Assembly (NCBI GenBank): GCA_049297495.1
Contig: JBAQUL010000012.1
Span: 43,616-107,615, forward strand
Origin: Candidatus Moraniibacteriota bacterium
GTDB lineage: Bacteria > Patescibacteriota > Minisyncoccia > Moranbacterales > UBA2206
DNA length: 64,000 nt
Reading direction: 5' to 3'
Made by a program: the position numbers and the translations under genes. This document shows positions 1 through 9,041 of the stretch, in pieces. Positions within the stretch are counted from its first letter, which is position 1. Each line of letters starts with the position of its first letter. The notes under the pieces are model-generated. The model worked only from the letters and a program-made list of their open reading frames with translations, ran no database searches and had not been told where the DNA came from.

Positions 1-118
1 AAATCCTGCCCAAGCATGAATGGCGGAAGTAGCATTACCCCTCGGTTCTCGAGTACAGAATTCGCGTTTACGCGATGACTGTCAAAGAGAATCGGGGGTT
101 GTTTTATTTTAGACAACC

Positions 119-146
119 AAAAAACAGGCCATAAACCTGTTTTTAT
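119..146. terminator. Intrinsic terminator-like hairpin (aaaaacagg-ccataaa-cctgttttt) at the 3' end of the minus-strand kinase gene
   Basis: Seen in sequence: 5-6 bp GC-containing stem flanked by an A-tract and a T-tract, bidirectional geometry. Confidence 0.45.
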
Positions 147-168
147 ATTGCAAAAAATGTATATTTTT

Positions 169-1176
169 TCAAATGTTTATTGCATACTCTTGTATTAATT
201 TTTTCAACTTTTCCATTTTTTCAGTCTGATCTTTTTTCCACCAGATGTGAAGAGTCATGAGTGAACGGATCATGAGAGCGGCGTTTAGAGATTTAGCATT
301 AATCGGTGTGATTGAATTATAGCCGGCCAAGATTTCACCTTCTTCCTCGAGACCAATTTTTTCACTTTCTGTTTCGATACGAGATTTTATTAGTGTCGAA
401 GCGAGGCACATCATTGGATGGGTGATTTTTGGATTGGGGTCAAAAACGATGATCTCACCATTTTTGTAAAATAAATTATAAGGCCGAAAGTCGTTATGGG
501 TGAAAGAGGGTTTCTTTTCTGCTTTCATTTCATTGTCTAGAAATGTGAGCGCCTTATTCAGGGGCGTGTAAATTGTCTCTTGCAAAATACCTGCTTCAAG
601 CATCTTGGGCAGTTTTTCTTCGAAAAGATTGTCTTTGATTTCTTCTTGAAAAGTGGCAAATTTGCCATGCACATTTTCTCCTACAATTGCATTACCAAAT
701 CCATGGCCGGTTATTTTGTGCATCTTCGCCAAGATCTCTCCACTGGTTTTTGAAATCCCGCTGCTTATGCGCTCTTTAGTGTCCATGCTATCGCTAAGCA
801 GTGGTGCGTCAATATATTCCATTGTAGTGAAAGAGATTGGTGTTTTTTCATCCGCCATATGTTTTCCGAGAATCTTGGGCACTCTTATTCCTGCCTTCCC
901 CCAGATTTCCAGAAAATGAGGTTCTGCTTCAATTGTTTCTTTGGCTGTTCCCATCTTAACGATATAGGGATTTTCTTTCCCAAAGTTAAGGCAGAAAACA
1001 ACTGAACGTGAACCGCGAGAAAACAACTTAAGCTGGTCTAAGTTGATTGTTTGTTCAAGTAGGAGTCCATTTTGAGCAGCTAAAACTAAATTTGCCTGCG
1101 CTTCTTGGCGGAATTTAACTTCTTGCTCTTTCATCCAAGGCTTAGTATTTATAGTTGCCTTAAAAATATTTTCCAT
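169..1176 (-). CDS. Aminoglycoside-phosphotransferase-fold (APH/ChoK-like) kinase, possibly a sugar or small-molecule kinase
   Basis: 335 aa ORF; HND catalytic-loop-like motif (SFTHNDFRPYN) and downstream D (IVFDPNPKI) typical of the APH/choline-kinase fold; last gene of the glycan operon. Confidence 0.55.
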   Translation of the reverse strand: MENIFKATINTKPWMKEQEVKFRQEAQANLVLAAQNGLLLEQTINLDQLKLFSRGSRSVVFCLNFGKENPYIVKMGTAKETIEAEPHFLEIWGKAGIRVPKILGKHMADEKTPISFTTMEYIDAPLLSDSMDTKERISSGISKTSGEILAKMHKITGHGFGNAIVGENVHGKFATFQEEIKDNLFEEKLPKMLEAGILQETIYTPLNKALTFLDNEMKAEKKPSFTHNDFRPYNLFYKNGEIIVFDPNPKITHPMMCLASTLIKSRIETESEKIGLEEEGEILAGYNSITPINAKSLNAALMIRSLMTLHIWWKKDQTEKMEKLKKLIQEYAINI

Positions 1177-1194
1177 AATCTTTGATTGCTGTGA

Positions 1195-2133
1195 CTATTG
1201 TTTTTTTCGCGCATTGAAATCTACACAACCTTCTTTAATTGCCAGGGTGCATTTGCAATAGGGGACTTGGCATTTCTGCACTTTTTCGTGCAGGTTTAGC
1301 TTGCCTTCAAACATGTTTCCGAGAATTTCATTGTCGTGTGGGCAGCGAGTGACTGATCCATCAGGACGGATGCGAATAAGATTTTTTCCGGCCGTGCAAG
1401 GCACATCCATGAAAGATAGGCTTTCAAAGCTAGCCACGCGATCGACTTCGGATGGGATGTGATCATGGAAAATTTTTCGCTCTTCCTCGCCATAGGCTTT
1501 AGGATAATTTTTCCCCTCATAAGTTCCGCGGAAAGCGCGGGCTTCCAGAATGAAGCCTTCTTTTTTGAACTGCTCAAAAATGGCCGGGAAGCGCTTGATG
1601 TCCGGTGGGTACATGACATAGTTGATTTCGACGCGAAAGCCTGCATTGCGCAAGCGCTTTACTTTTTCAAGCAGGTCATCAACAGTGAGTCCTTGGCGCT
1701 CGCGTTCGGCCAGGTGCATCGAAACATAGAATGACCAGATATTCTCCGGGCTAACTTCGGCGAGAAATTTATCAATCGGAAGTCCGAGGTTTGTACCGAT
1801 CGTAACTAGGTGTTTTTGAGAAAGACGTTTGACGATTTCCACAAAGCGTGGATAGACAAATGGTTCTCCGCCGGAAATCACCAGCCACCATCTTTCGCCT
1901 GTGTTGTCAAAAAATTGACCAATCTGATCGGGTGTAATAAAGCGGGTTTTATAGGGATTAATGGCAGGGACTTTGCTTCTGACCCAATCACCAGCTCTTG
2001 TTTTGAGGCTACGTTGCGAGTCATCAAAAAAGCAATAGGGACATTTGAAATTACATTCCAGGTTCAGTAGCCACATGGCAATTTTGTCATAGCTCTTTTG
2101 TTTCGGGGAACTTGTTTTTGGGCTTTGGTTCAT
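1195..2133 (-). CDS. Radical SAM enzyme with a C-terminal SPASM/twitch-like Cys-rich domain
   Basis: CNFKCPYC (CxxxCxxC) near the N-terminus; C-terminal cluster CTAGKN...CPHDN...CQVPYCKC...GC. Confidence 0.7.
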   Translation of the reverse strand: MNQSPKTSSPKQKSYDKIAMWLLNLECNFKCPYCFFDDSQRSLKTRAGDWVRSKVPAINPYKTRFITPDQIGQFFDNTGERWWLVISGGEPFVYPRFVEIVKRLSQKHLVTIGTNLGLPIDKFLAEVSPENIWSFYVSMHLAERERQGLTVDDLLEKVKRLRNAGFRVEINYVMYPPDIKRFPAIFEQFKKEGFILEARAFRGTYEGKNYPKAYGEEERKIFHDHIPSEVDRVASFESLSFMDVPCTAGKNLIRIRPDGSVTRCPHDNEILGNMFEGKLNLHEKVQKCQVPYCKCTLAIKEGCVDFNARKKQ

Positions 2134-2137
2134 AAGT

Positions 2138-3604
2138 TTAATTTAATTGTTTATTATTTTTCCGCCAATATCCTTGACTTGCTCCCAGCCAGCTACCGAG
2201 AAGGAGCCAATTGAGGAGTTGATATGTGAAATCCATCGACGGTGATTCAACCATTGAGATTATAACCATTGAGCTAAAAAGAACAAGGGGAATAACGCCC
2301 AGCGTTTTTAGCTCAACATTGAATTCCTTGCCCCAAAAATGAAGCTTCTCGCTGACCTTGGGATAATGCAAAAAGCTTTTGCCGGCATAATAGATTGCTC
2401 CAATTAGATAGAGGAGATAGAGAAGAATTCCCAAGATTCCGCCTTCCAGGAAAAAGCGAACAAGGTCATTGTGGGGGTAGACATTGCCAGTCTCTTTGCC
2501 CTGGGTATCTTTGATGATTTCACTGAAGGAACCGATACCATAACCGATAAAGGGTTTTTTCCAGGCCTTAAAAAGCGCCATATCCCAAATTTCATAACGT
2601 CCATACATCGAGTCGTACATGTGATGCTCAAAAATCCCCAAAATTCTTTCTCTAGTTTTATCAAAGAGTAAAATAATAGAAGATAGTAAGAATCCACAAT
2701 AGACCATTAGTATTCTGACATGTGGCTTCATGATGAAGATCGCCAGCGCCGAAATGAGAAGCCCTGACCAAGCCGTTCGAGAATAGGTTAGGATAAAAAG
2801 TATGCCTAAAATAAAAGCAAAAAAATAGATTCCAAGTTTAGAGAGGTTTGTCCTTCTATTTCCCAGGCTTACGGCGAAAAAAGTTACTAAAAATAAAGTG
2901 AGGACAATAAAAAGAAAGGAGCCGAAAGTATTGGGATGGGGGAATGTGGCGGCAATCCTTCCTAGGCTCGAATCGTTTTCAAAAAAATAATTACCAGTTA
3001 GAAATTGAAAGATGCCAGTCAGAGCTGGGATTATAGCGGAAAAAATAATAATAAGGATTGTTTTGAGAAAATTTTCCTTTGAGCCGAGAAAGAGATAGCT
3101 TAGGAAATAGGCCGAGAATCCAGCCAGAAGATAGACTTCGAAGATAAAGCCAACAGCAAGATACTTAGATGGCAGGAGAACTATGATACTCAAAGTAGCG
3201 GATATGAGTAGGATGAAAAATAGTGGGATTTTTACCATTTTTTTGCCGACCCTCAGGACTTCGATGCTTGCCAGAAAAATTAGAAAAAGACAAGTTAGTG
3301 AAAAAGGATTGACGTATAAAGCGCTGATATTTATGATGTTTTGAAAAAGAGTTCCAATATTAATCTGATAGCTATTGAGTCCGATAACCACGGGAAGAAA
3401 AAAAATAATTGTCCAAAGCACTTTTTTCATATCAAAAAATGCTAAGGCGGTAAGAAACATAAAAATAAAGGCGCCCATCACTAAACGGATGTTTCCGGCA
3501 AGTTGTCCGAATAAAAGCCCGGTAAGAAAAAAAATAACAGAAAAGAATAGCATGTAAGCATAGAACCGGGAGTTTTTATTTAATTTGGGGATTAGGCTTT
3601 GCAT
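2138..3604 (-). CDS. O-antigen ligase/polymerase (Wzy_C)-like polytopic membrane protein
   Basis: 488 aa, about 10-12 predicted TM helices, YSRTAWSGLLISALAIFIM-type segment as in the O-antigen ligase family; glycan operon context. Confidence 0.5.
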   Translation of the reverse strand: MQSLIPKLNKNSRFYAYMLFFSVIFFLTGLLFGQLAGNIRLVMGAFIFMFLTALAFFDMKKVLWTIIFFLPVVIGLNSYQINIGTLFQNIINISALYVNPFSLTCLFLIFLASIEVLRVGKKMVKIPLFFILLISATLSIIVLLPSKYLAVGFIFEVYLLAGFSAYFLSYLFLGSKENFLKTILIIIFSAIIPALTGIFQFLTGNYFFENDSSLGRIAATFPHPNTFGSFLFIVLTLFLVTFFAVSLGNRRTNLSKLGIYFFAFILGILFILTYSRTAWSGLLISALAIFIMKPHVRILMVYCGFLLSSIILLFDKTRERILGIFEHHMYDSMYGRYEIWDMALFKAWKKPFIGYGIGSFSEIIKDTQGKETGNVYPHNDLVRFFLEGGILGILLYLLYLIGAIYYAGKSFLHYPKVSEKLHFWGKEFNVELKTLGVIPLVLFSSMVIISMVESPSMDFTYQLLNWLLLGSWLGASQGYWRKNNKQLN

Positions 3605-3615
3605 GTTGTTGTGGG

Positions 3616-4842
3616 TTATTTTTGAAAAAATTTATCAAATAAGCTAAAATAGAGCGGCAAAACTTTTTCAGATGAGTACCGCGCGGTTTCTTCTTGGTAG
3701 GCAGCGGTTTTCTCAAAGAGTTTTTCAGGGTTGATTTTTGCGATTGATTCTTCCCACTTCTTGTAATCAACAAGTGCTCCCGTGTTGGTTTTTTCAATCA
3801 TCTCTTTGGTGACGCCGATTTCTTTATTGGCAATAACGGGCAGTCCGGCTCCCCAGAAATCCACAATCTTAATGTAAAGCATCATGGTTTTGAACTTGGC
3901 AGTCGTTGTCAGACAAATGCCTGCGTCGCATGCGCAGAGGTAGCAGTAGCGTTCTTCGGGGGCATAGGATGAAATAGTATAGGCGTCTTTTTCAAGTCCA
4001 TACTTTTGGAAAACTTCTGGCAGAGACTTTAGGATTCCACATGACTCTGTCCGGGCGTAATCCTCTTTCAGAAATAGTTGGAAAAAAATAGCGGGATTTT
4101 TTTTTCTAAGTCGAGACACAAGATCAATCATCTGTTCAAATTCATACCAGGCTTCGACTGTACCAGTGTAAACAATTACTTTTTTTCCCGTAAATCCGAG
4201 TTTTTCACGCACTTCCTCTCGTCTCCAGTTTTTGTCAGGAAGCAGTGTGGCGTCCCAATAATTCGGTATGATTGTGAACTGTTTTTCGTCAAGGCGGTAT
4301 AATTTTTCCAGATGTTTTTTGAATCCTTCGGTTTCTACGATGGTAGAAAAGCTTTTGCGGATAGCAATTTTTTCTAGGAGTCCAATTGCGTTGCCGTATA
4401 ACAGATCTTTAATTTTTCTGTAATGCTTGCGTTCTGCTACATAGGCACCGCGCGGGCTGTAGATGAAAGAAATATGCCAAAAATATTTGGCCCAAAGAAG
4501 AAAGGGAATAAACTTGTAATTTCTAGCATAAATGACGGACGATTCACTGGCCGTATCTTTGAGTTGTTTTTTGAAAAGCTGATATGCTTTCAGTGAAAAA
4601 TATAAAATAGAGGGCAGTAGGGTGAAACGGGGGACATTGATTTCTTGCAAAGCTATCCCCGCCTCAGTCAATTTTTTTTCTGCCTCAGTTCGATATTTTT
4701 CTTGGGCGTCAAACCTTCCGGTGGTTTCCAGGACTTCAGTCACATATCCGAGGCGAGCAGCTTCCAAGAGAATAGGAAAAAGCTGAGCTTGGATAACCCC
4801 ATTGGTAATTGGCATTTCTGATAGAAATAAAATCTTTTTCAT
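3616..4842 (-). CDS. Glycosyltransferase, GT-B fold (GT1/GT4-like)
   Basis: 408 aa; C-terminal GAGLPVIANKEIG...TGALVD region typical of GT-B nucleotide-sugar binding; operon context. Confidence 0.55.
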   Translation of the reverse strand: MKKILFLSEMPITNGVIQAQLFPILLEAARLGYVTEVLETTGRFDAQEKYRTEAEKKLTEAGIALQEINVPRFTLLPSILYFSLKAYQLFKKQLKDTASESSVIYARNYKFIPFLLWAKYFWHISFIYSPRGAYVAERKHYRKIKDLLYGNAIGLLEKIAIRKSFSTIVETEGFKKHLEKLYRLDEKQFTIIPNYWDATLLPDKNWRREEVREKLGFTGKKVIVYTGTVEAWYEFEQMIDLVSRLRKKNPAIFFQLFLKEDYARTESCGILKSLPEVFQKYGLEKDAYTISSYAPEERYCYLCACDAGICLTTTAKFKTMMLYIKIVDFWGAGLPVIANKEIGVTKEMIEKTNTGALVDYKKWEESIAKINPEKLFEKTAAYQEETARYSSEKVLPLYFSLFDKFFQK

Positions 4843-5000
4843 GCTAGCTATTCTATGACTTACGCGTTTACCAAGAACAATCTTTAAAGCGCGTGGCTGC
4901 TTTGAGTTTGTTTTTTACTTATTTTAATCTCTAAAACCATTAAAGTTTTTTCCGGATCATCCTTGGCTATAGAAAAGCTTATTCTTGGCAAACGCGTAAG

Positions 5001-6032
5001 TTACATGTTCTTTGCTTTTAGGTTTTTTTCGATAACCTGGCTTATAAATAGTATATCATTTTTCCAGCGAATAGTATCTTTTTTTAGGAAAGTATCTATT
5101 TTTTCTTCTATCTCAGTTTTCTTTTTTTGGGCTAACTGAATTTTTTCTGCCATATTGCTCGCCTCATGATTAGTAAAGAGTGCCACGTCAGAAAAATAAT
5201 GCTTGATTGTTTCGGAATCTGAGGTGACGAAGGGTTTTCTGAGCGCCATAATTTCCCTGATCGACCAAAGGACGGTGTCACGCCTTTTGGTAAGGGCGAG
5301 GACGACGTCGCAACGATCCATGAGGGCCATGAATTCTACGTGCTTTAGATATCCTGTGATGACAACATTTGCTGGGAAAGTATCTTTAATTTTTTGGTTA
5401 ATTTTTTTGTCATTTCCAGTGAGAAAAAAAAGTGCTTGTGGCATTATTCTTGCCGTTTCAACTACTTCCTGCCAGGCATCATCCGCCTTGGCAAAGCGGT
5501 TGACCATAAAAACTTTTAGACCAGTTTGGCTTTTTAGTTTTGCCTCTAACTCATTGGATAACGTTACGTTTTCCTTTAGAATTTCTAGCTTTGTCGGTGT
5601 GTAAAATTGCAAAACAGAACTTTTCTCAATTCCCCAATTTTTGAGATATTCCAAATTCTTATAATTATGCGTCGTATTCCAAATTGCCCGCTTGGCTAGG
5701 AATTTATGAAGTGGGTGAAAGTAAGTCCATTTTTTGTCGATAAAGCCAGCTGTATGCGTATCGATGATATAACTTGCCGAATTGAATTTGGCATAAAGGT
5801 AGACGATAGCGACAGCAATGATTGGTGGATTTTGCACGAAAATAATTTGTGGTCTAATTCGTCTCAATTTTTTGTATGTGTCAAAGCTCTGGATGATATA
5901 GCGCGCAATTGTTGGAATTGCAAAACTGCCCCAATACTTCTTGCAAGAGATGATAATTTCGGCGTCAATTTCTCGAGCGAGGAATTCACTCAGTTTGACT
6001 TCTTGGACCCAGATGACAAAGGCTTTTTGCAT
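5001..6032 (-). CDS. Glycosyltransferase (GT-B fold) of the glycan cluster
   Basis: 343 aa; C-terminal region resembles GT4 retaining transferases; flanked by GT genes. Confidence 0.45.
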   Translation of the reverse strand: MQKAFVIWVQEVKLSEFLAREIDAEIIISCKKYWGSFAIPTIARYIIQSFDTYKKLRRIRPQIIFVQNPPIIAVAIVYLYAKFNSASYIIDTHTAGFIDKKWTYFHPLHKFLAKRAIWNTTHNYKNLEYLKNWGIEKSSVLQFYTPTKLEILKENVTLSNELEAKLKSQTGLKVFMVNRFAKADDAWQEVVETARIMPQALFFLTGNDKKINQKIKDTFPANVVITGYLKHVEFMALMDRCDVVLALTKRRDTVLWSIREIMALRKPFVTSDSETIKHYFSDVALFTNHEASNMAEKIQLAQKKKTEIEEKIDTFLKKDTIRWKNDILFISQVIEKNLKAKNM

Positions 6033-6086
6033 TTCTCTACGAATTACGAATTAGTACGAATATACGATTTTTTTAGTTTAATTTTT

Positions 6087-6225
6087 TGTCATCCTGAGCG
6101 GAGTCCGTACTCGGACGCAGTTGAAGGATCTGCTTGTGATAATCCTAGCCTTGCGATTTGTGGTAAGACTTGTGGTAACTCGAAGCAGATTCTTCGACTC
6201 CACTACATTTCGCTCAGAATGACAA
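6087..6225. repeat. MITE-like palindromic element, family A copy 1 (termini TGTCATCCTGAGCG ... CGCTCAGAATGACA, nested internal hairpins)
   Basis: About 140 bp intergenic element between two GT genes; near-identical second copy at 56904-57044; termini shared with the element at 33945-34065. Confidence 0.75.
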
Positions 6226-6230
6226 CCTTT

Positions 6231-7439
6231 TTATTCTTTGTTGTTCGCGAACAGTGTATTATACGCGCGTAAAAGTTCTTTTTGCGCTGAGGCTTGGCTA
6301 AAGAGGTAGCTCCCGGCGCGTTTTTGGCTTTCAGCTGACATTTCTTGGCGCAAAGCAAAATCATCAATAAGACTGACTACCGCTCTGGCAAATTCTTTTT
6401 CATTATTATTTTTGACGTAGATTGCTGCATTGCCCGCTGTCGTCTTAGCCTCTTTTAAATCGTAGGCGATAACTGGCAGTCCCGCAGTCATATACTCGAG
6501 AATTTTATTGTGCAGAGAATTATCCGTGTAGTCATTTTTTGGTTCCGGCATCAGGCCAATTTGCGAGGCATAAAAATAGGTCGAGATGATCTTAGCATTA
6601 GCCCAGCCGGTAAAGATGACATTATCTTCAATTTTATACTCCTTTGCCATTTTCACCAAGCGTTCAAAATCATCGCCATCACCCATAAGAACAAACCCGA
6701 TGTCAGTTCTTTTGAGTTCATGCACAATCACTTTTATGCTACGTAGAAGTTTATCAACTCCATCTTGCGGGCCCATTACACCCAAATATGAACAGGTGAA
6801 GCGATATTTTGCTTGAATTTTTTTGGTCAATTCTGTGTTGACTAATTCTGGGCTGATTTGAGTTGGGTCTGGCGCGGAACGGACAATGAAATTTTTTGCT
6901 CTTACTTTGACACGAGAAAGGGTTTTCTCTTGACCAGACTCGCAAGTCGCAAGATGAATGTCGCAAAAGGAATAACTCATGCGTTCAAGCGCCAGTAGAG
7001 CTTTATAGAAAAAATGTTGTTTAGTTTTTCCGAAGCGACAAAGAAGCATTTCCGGTGAGAGGTCATGTTGGTCATAGACAAATTTAACCCCGAATGGTTT
7101 GAAAAAAAGTGCGATAATAAAAAAGAAATCCGGCGGATTGGCAGAATGGATGATGGAAAAGCCACGAGTGAAGAAAACCTTCACTGTTAAATAGGAGGTA
7201 AGAATAAGCGCATAGGTATATTCGCAGAGATAATTAAGATAACCAATAGATTTCGGCGCCATCAAATAACGATATATGTGGATGCTGCCTGCTATTTCAA
7301 ATTTAGCTTGTTCCGGCTTTCTTGGGGAAATGATAGAGACAGTATAGCCGGATTTTTCCAGCGCTCGCGCTTCCATCATAATCCGGCGGTCTTGGGGGAC
7401 AGGCAGATTTTGGACTAAAAATAGAACGGATTTTTTCAT
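6231..7439 (-). CDS. Glycosyltransferase family 4
   Basis: 402 aa; typical GT4 N-terminal (VLFLVQNLPVP) and C-terminal GT-B domain; operon context. Confidence 0.65.
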   Translation of the reverse strand: MKKSVLFLVQNLPVPQDRRIMMEARALEKSGYTVSIISPRKPEQAKFEIAGSIHIYRYLMAPKSIGYLNYLCEYTYALILTSYLTVKVFFTRGFSIIHSANPPDFFFIIALFFKPFGVKFVYDQHDLSPEMLLCRFGKTKQHFFYKALLALERMSYSFCDIHLATCESGQEKTLSRVKVRAKNFIVRSAPDPTQISPELVNTELTKKIQAKYRFTCSYLGVMGPQDGVDKLLRSIKVIVHELKRTDIGFVLMGDGDDFERLVKMAKEYKIEDNVIFTGWANAKIISTYFYASQIGLMPEPKNDYTDNSLHNKILEYMTAGLPVIAYDLKEAKTTAGNAAIYVKNNNEKEFARAVVSLIDDFALRQEMSAESQKRAGSYLFSQASAQKELLRAYNTLFANNKE

Positions 7440-7444
7440 TTGAT

Positions 7445-8104
7445 TTAGGATTTTATAATTTTTCTGAGTATAAATAGTGCCGTTTCAATTATGATAGCAA
7501 AATCCAGAAAGATTGAATAATTCTCAATGTAATGAAGGTCGTGATCAATGTTTTCATGAATCGGTTTTTTGCGGTCAGCATGAATTTGCCAGAGCCCGGT
7601 GATTCCCGGCTTAACAAGAAGTCTTGTTCTTTCAAAAAGGCTATAATCTTTTGCAATGAATTCCATCTCTGGTCTTGGACCGACAATACTCATCTCACCT
7701 TTGAGCACATTTACAAATTGTGGCAACTCATCCAGCCCCGTGTCTCTTAAGAATTTTCCTACTGTAGTTATTCTTGCATCATTGCTTTTAGTTGGCGTGA
7801 CTGCATAGGGATTTGAATTGATATATAATGAGCGAAATTTATAGAGGCGAAAAAGTTCGCCATTTCTGCCGACTCTTTTTTGGGAAAAAATGATTGGCCC
7901 CTTTGATGTCATTTTTATGGCAATGGCAATTATCATTAGTATCGGAGAAGAAGTTACTAAAATTGCAAAAGACAGCATGATATCAATAGTGCGTTTGAGA
8001 AAGCCGGAGATTGTGCTGATGCCAAAATAATTCAGCTTAGCGGAGTTGTTCGCGATGCTGATTGAGGCATATTGGAGGTAATTTTCCGTGTTTAATCTGT
8101 TCAT
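7445..8104 (-). CDS. Polyprenyl-phosphate sugar phosphotransferase (bacterial sugar transferase, WbaP/WcaJ C-terminal-domain type), priming enzyme of the cluster
   Basis: 219 aa; N-terminal TM, conserved SIVGPRPE and KPGITGLWQ motifs of the Bac_transf family; first gene of the minus-strand operon. Confidence 0.8.
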   Translation of the reverse strand: MNRLNTENYLQYASISIANNSAKLNYFGISTISGFLKRTIDIMLSFAILVTSSPILMIIAIAIKMTSKGPIIFSQKRVGRNGELFRLYKFRSLYINSNPYAVTPTKSNDARITTVGKFLRDTGLDELPQFVNVLKGEMSIVGPRPEMEFIAKDYSLFERTRLLVKPGITGLWQIHADRKKPIHENIDHDLHYIENYSIFLDFAIIIETALFILRKIIKS

Positions 8105-8188
8105 GAGTGGTCAAAATTAGTCAATTAATTAACCGTCAATCATAGCGCATTTCGAGATCTTTGTCAAGCGCTGAAGATCTCCGGCTAT

Positions 8189-8217
8189 TGACAAATTTGG
8201 GATATGTGCTATATTGG
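8189..8217 (+). promoter_or_regulatory. Sigma70-like promoter TTGACA-16-TATATT with upstream TG (extended -10), serving the 8306 gene; RBS aaaggag 8 nt before the ATG
   Basis: Seen in sequence: ttgacaaatttgggatatgtgctatatt, followed by aaaaaggagtaaggattATG. Confidence 0.5.
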
Positions 8218-8305
8218 ATTGTTACAGGTTTTGACAGTAGTTTGACAAAAAAAACCGGCTCAAATCAGAGCCAAAACTAACCTCAATGAAAAAGGAGTAA
8301 GGATT

Positions 8306-8905
8306 ATGAAAAAAAGCATTTTCACTTTGGCAATGGTTGTATCTTTGACAATGGCGATGTTCTCGACCGCATTTGGGCGGTATGAGGACATCAGAGTTGT
8401 TCCTCGCGACTCAGAAACATATGCGTATGGAGTCGTAGGGATTAAGCTGTACCTGAACAGCAACAATGTTTGGGAGAAGCAACTTAATCCTTTCGGAGGA
8501 ACGCCCACGCCCGGATTTGATAATCCGGTATGGGCTGCGGCCGAAGCAATGACCCAGGCCAATACAACGCTGGGATCAGATGGCAAAACCCGTTATCCGG
8601 CGCCATGGATTTATCCGGCAGATGTTACAACAGCGCCGGCAATTTCCTATTATGTTTTTGGAGATGTCGGAGTTTTGGATGAGATTAGAAATGTCCTGTC
8701 AGGGACTGGCATCTCTGTATATTATAGCGATTCCGGTTATCCCGTTATGACGGAAACAGCTCTGGGAACCTCAAACACCGCGCTTGTTTATTCAATGGTG
8801 TCTGGTTTGGTGGCCTACATACCCGTTGAGAATCAGTCTGGCCAACTGATACTTGACGACAAATGGTTTAAGGCTCTGATTGCCGTCGATTCGTTCAAGT
8901 TCTGA
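8306..8905 (+). CDS. Secreted/surface protein of unknown function with an N-terminal signal peptide
   Basis: 199 aa; MKKSIFTLAMVVSLTMAMFSTAFG signal peptide; visibly higher GC than neighbours; strong promoter and SD. Confidence 0.6.
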   Translation: MKKSIFTLAMVVSLTMAMFSTAFGRYEDIRVVPRDSETYAYGVVGIKLYLNSNNVWEKQLNPFGGTPTPGFDNPVWAAAEAMTQANTTLGSDGKTRYPAPWIYPADVTTAPAISYYVFGDVGVLDEIRNVLSGTGISVYYSDSGYPVMTETALGTSNTALVYSMVSGLVAYIPVENQSGQLILDDKWFKALIAVDSFKF

Positions 8906-9041
8906 TGTATAGGGCCAATATATTGGAACAACACAGGTCGCTTTGTCTTTCTTAGCTAAGAAAGATGGAGCGGCCTGTTTTTACATTAAAGAATGCTTGA
9001 CAAAAAGCTAGGTTTAGTGTAGGCTGGACAGTTAATATAAT

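Noticed and set aside
653-2070. Several 80-130 aa ORFs embedded in or antisense to the kinase and radical SAM genes (653-919, 1296-1646, 1459-1734, 1810-2070)
   Set aside because: Fully nested in longer ORFs with clear conserved motifs; no independent start/RBS context or motif support.
5706-6272. 188-aa plus-strand ORF spanning the 5001-6032 gene start and the intergenic palindromic element
   Set aside because: It runs antisense to a well-supported glycosyltransferase and reads through the MITE-like palindrome; its translation is low-complexity (CHPERSPYSDAVEGS), typical of repeat-derived spurious ORFs.
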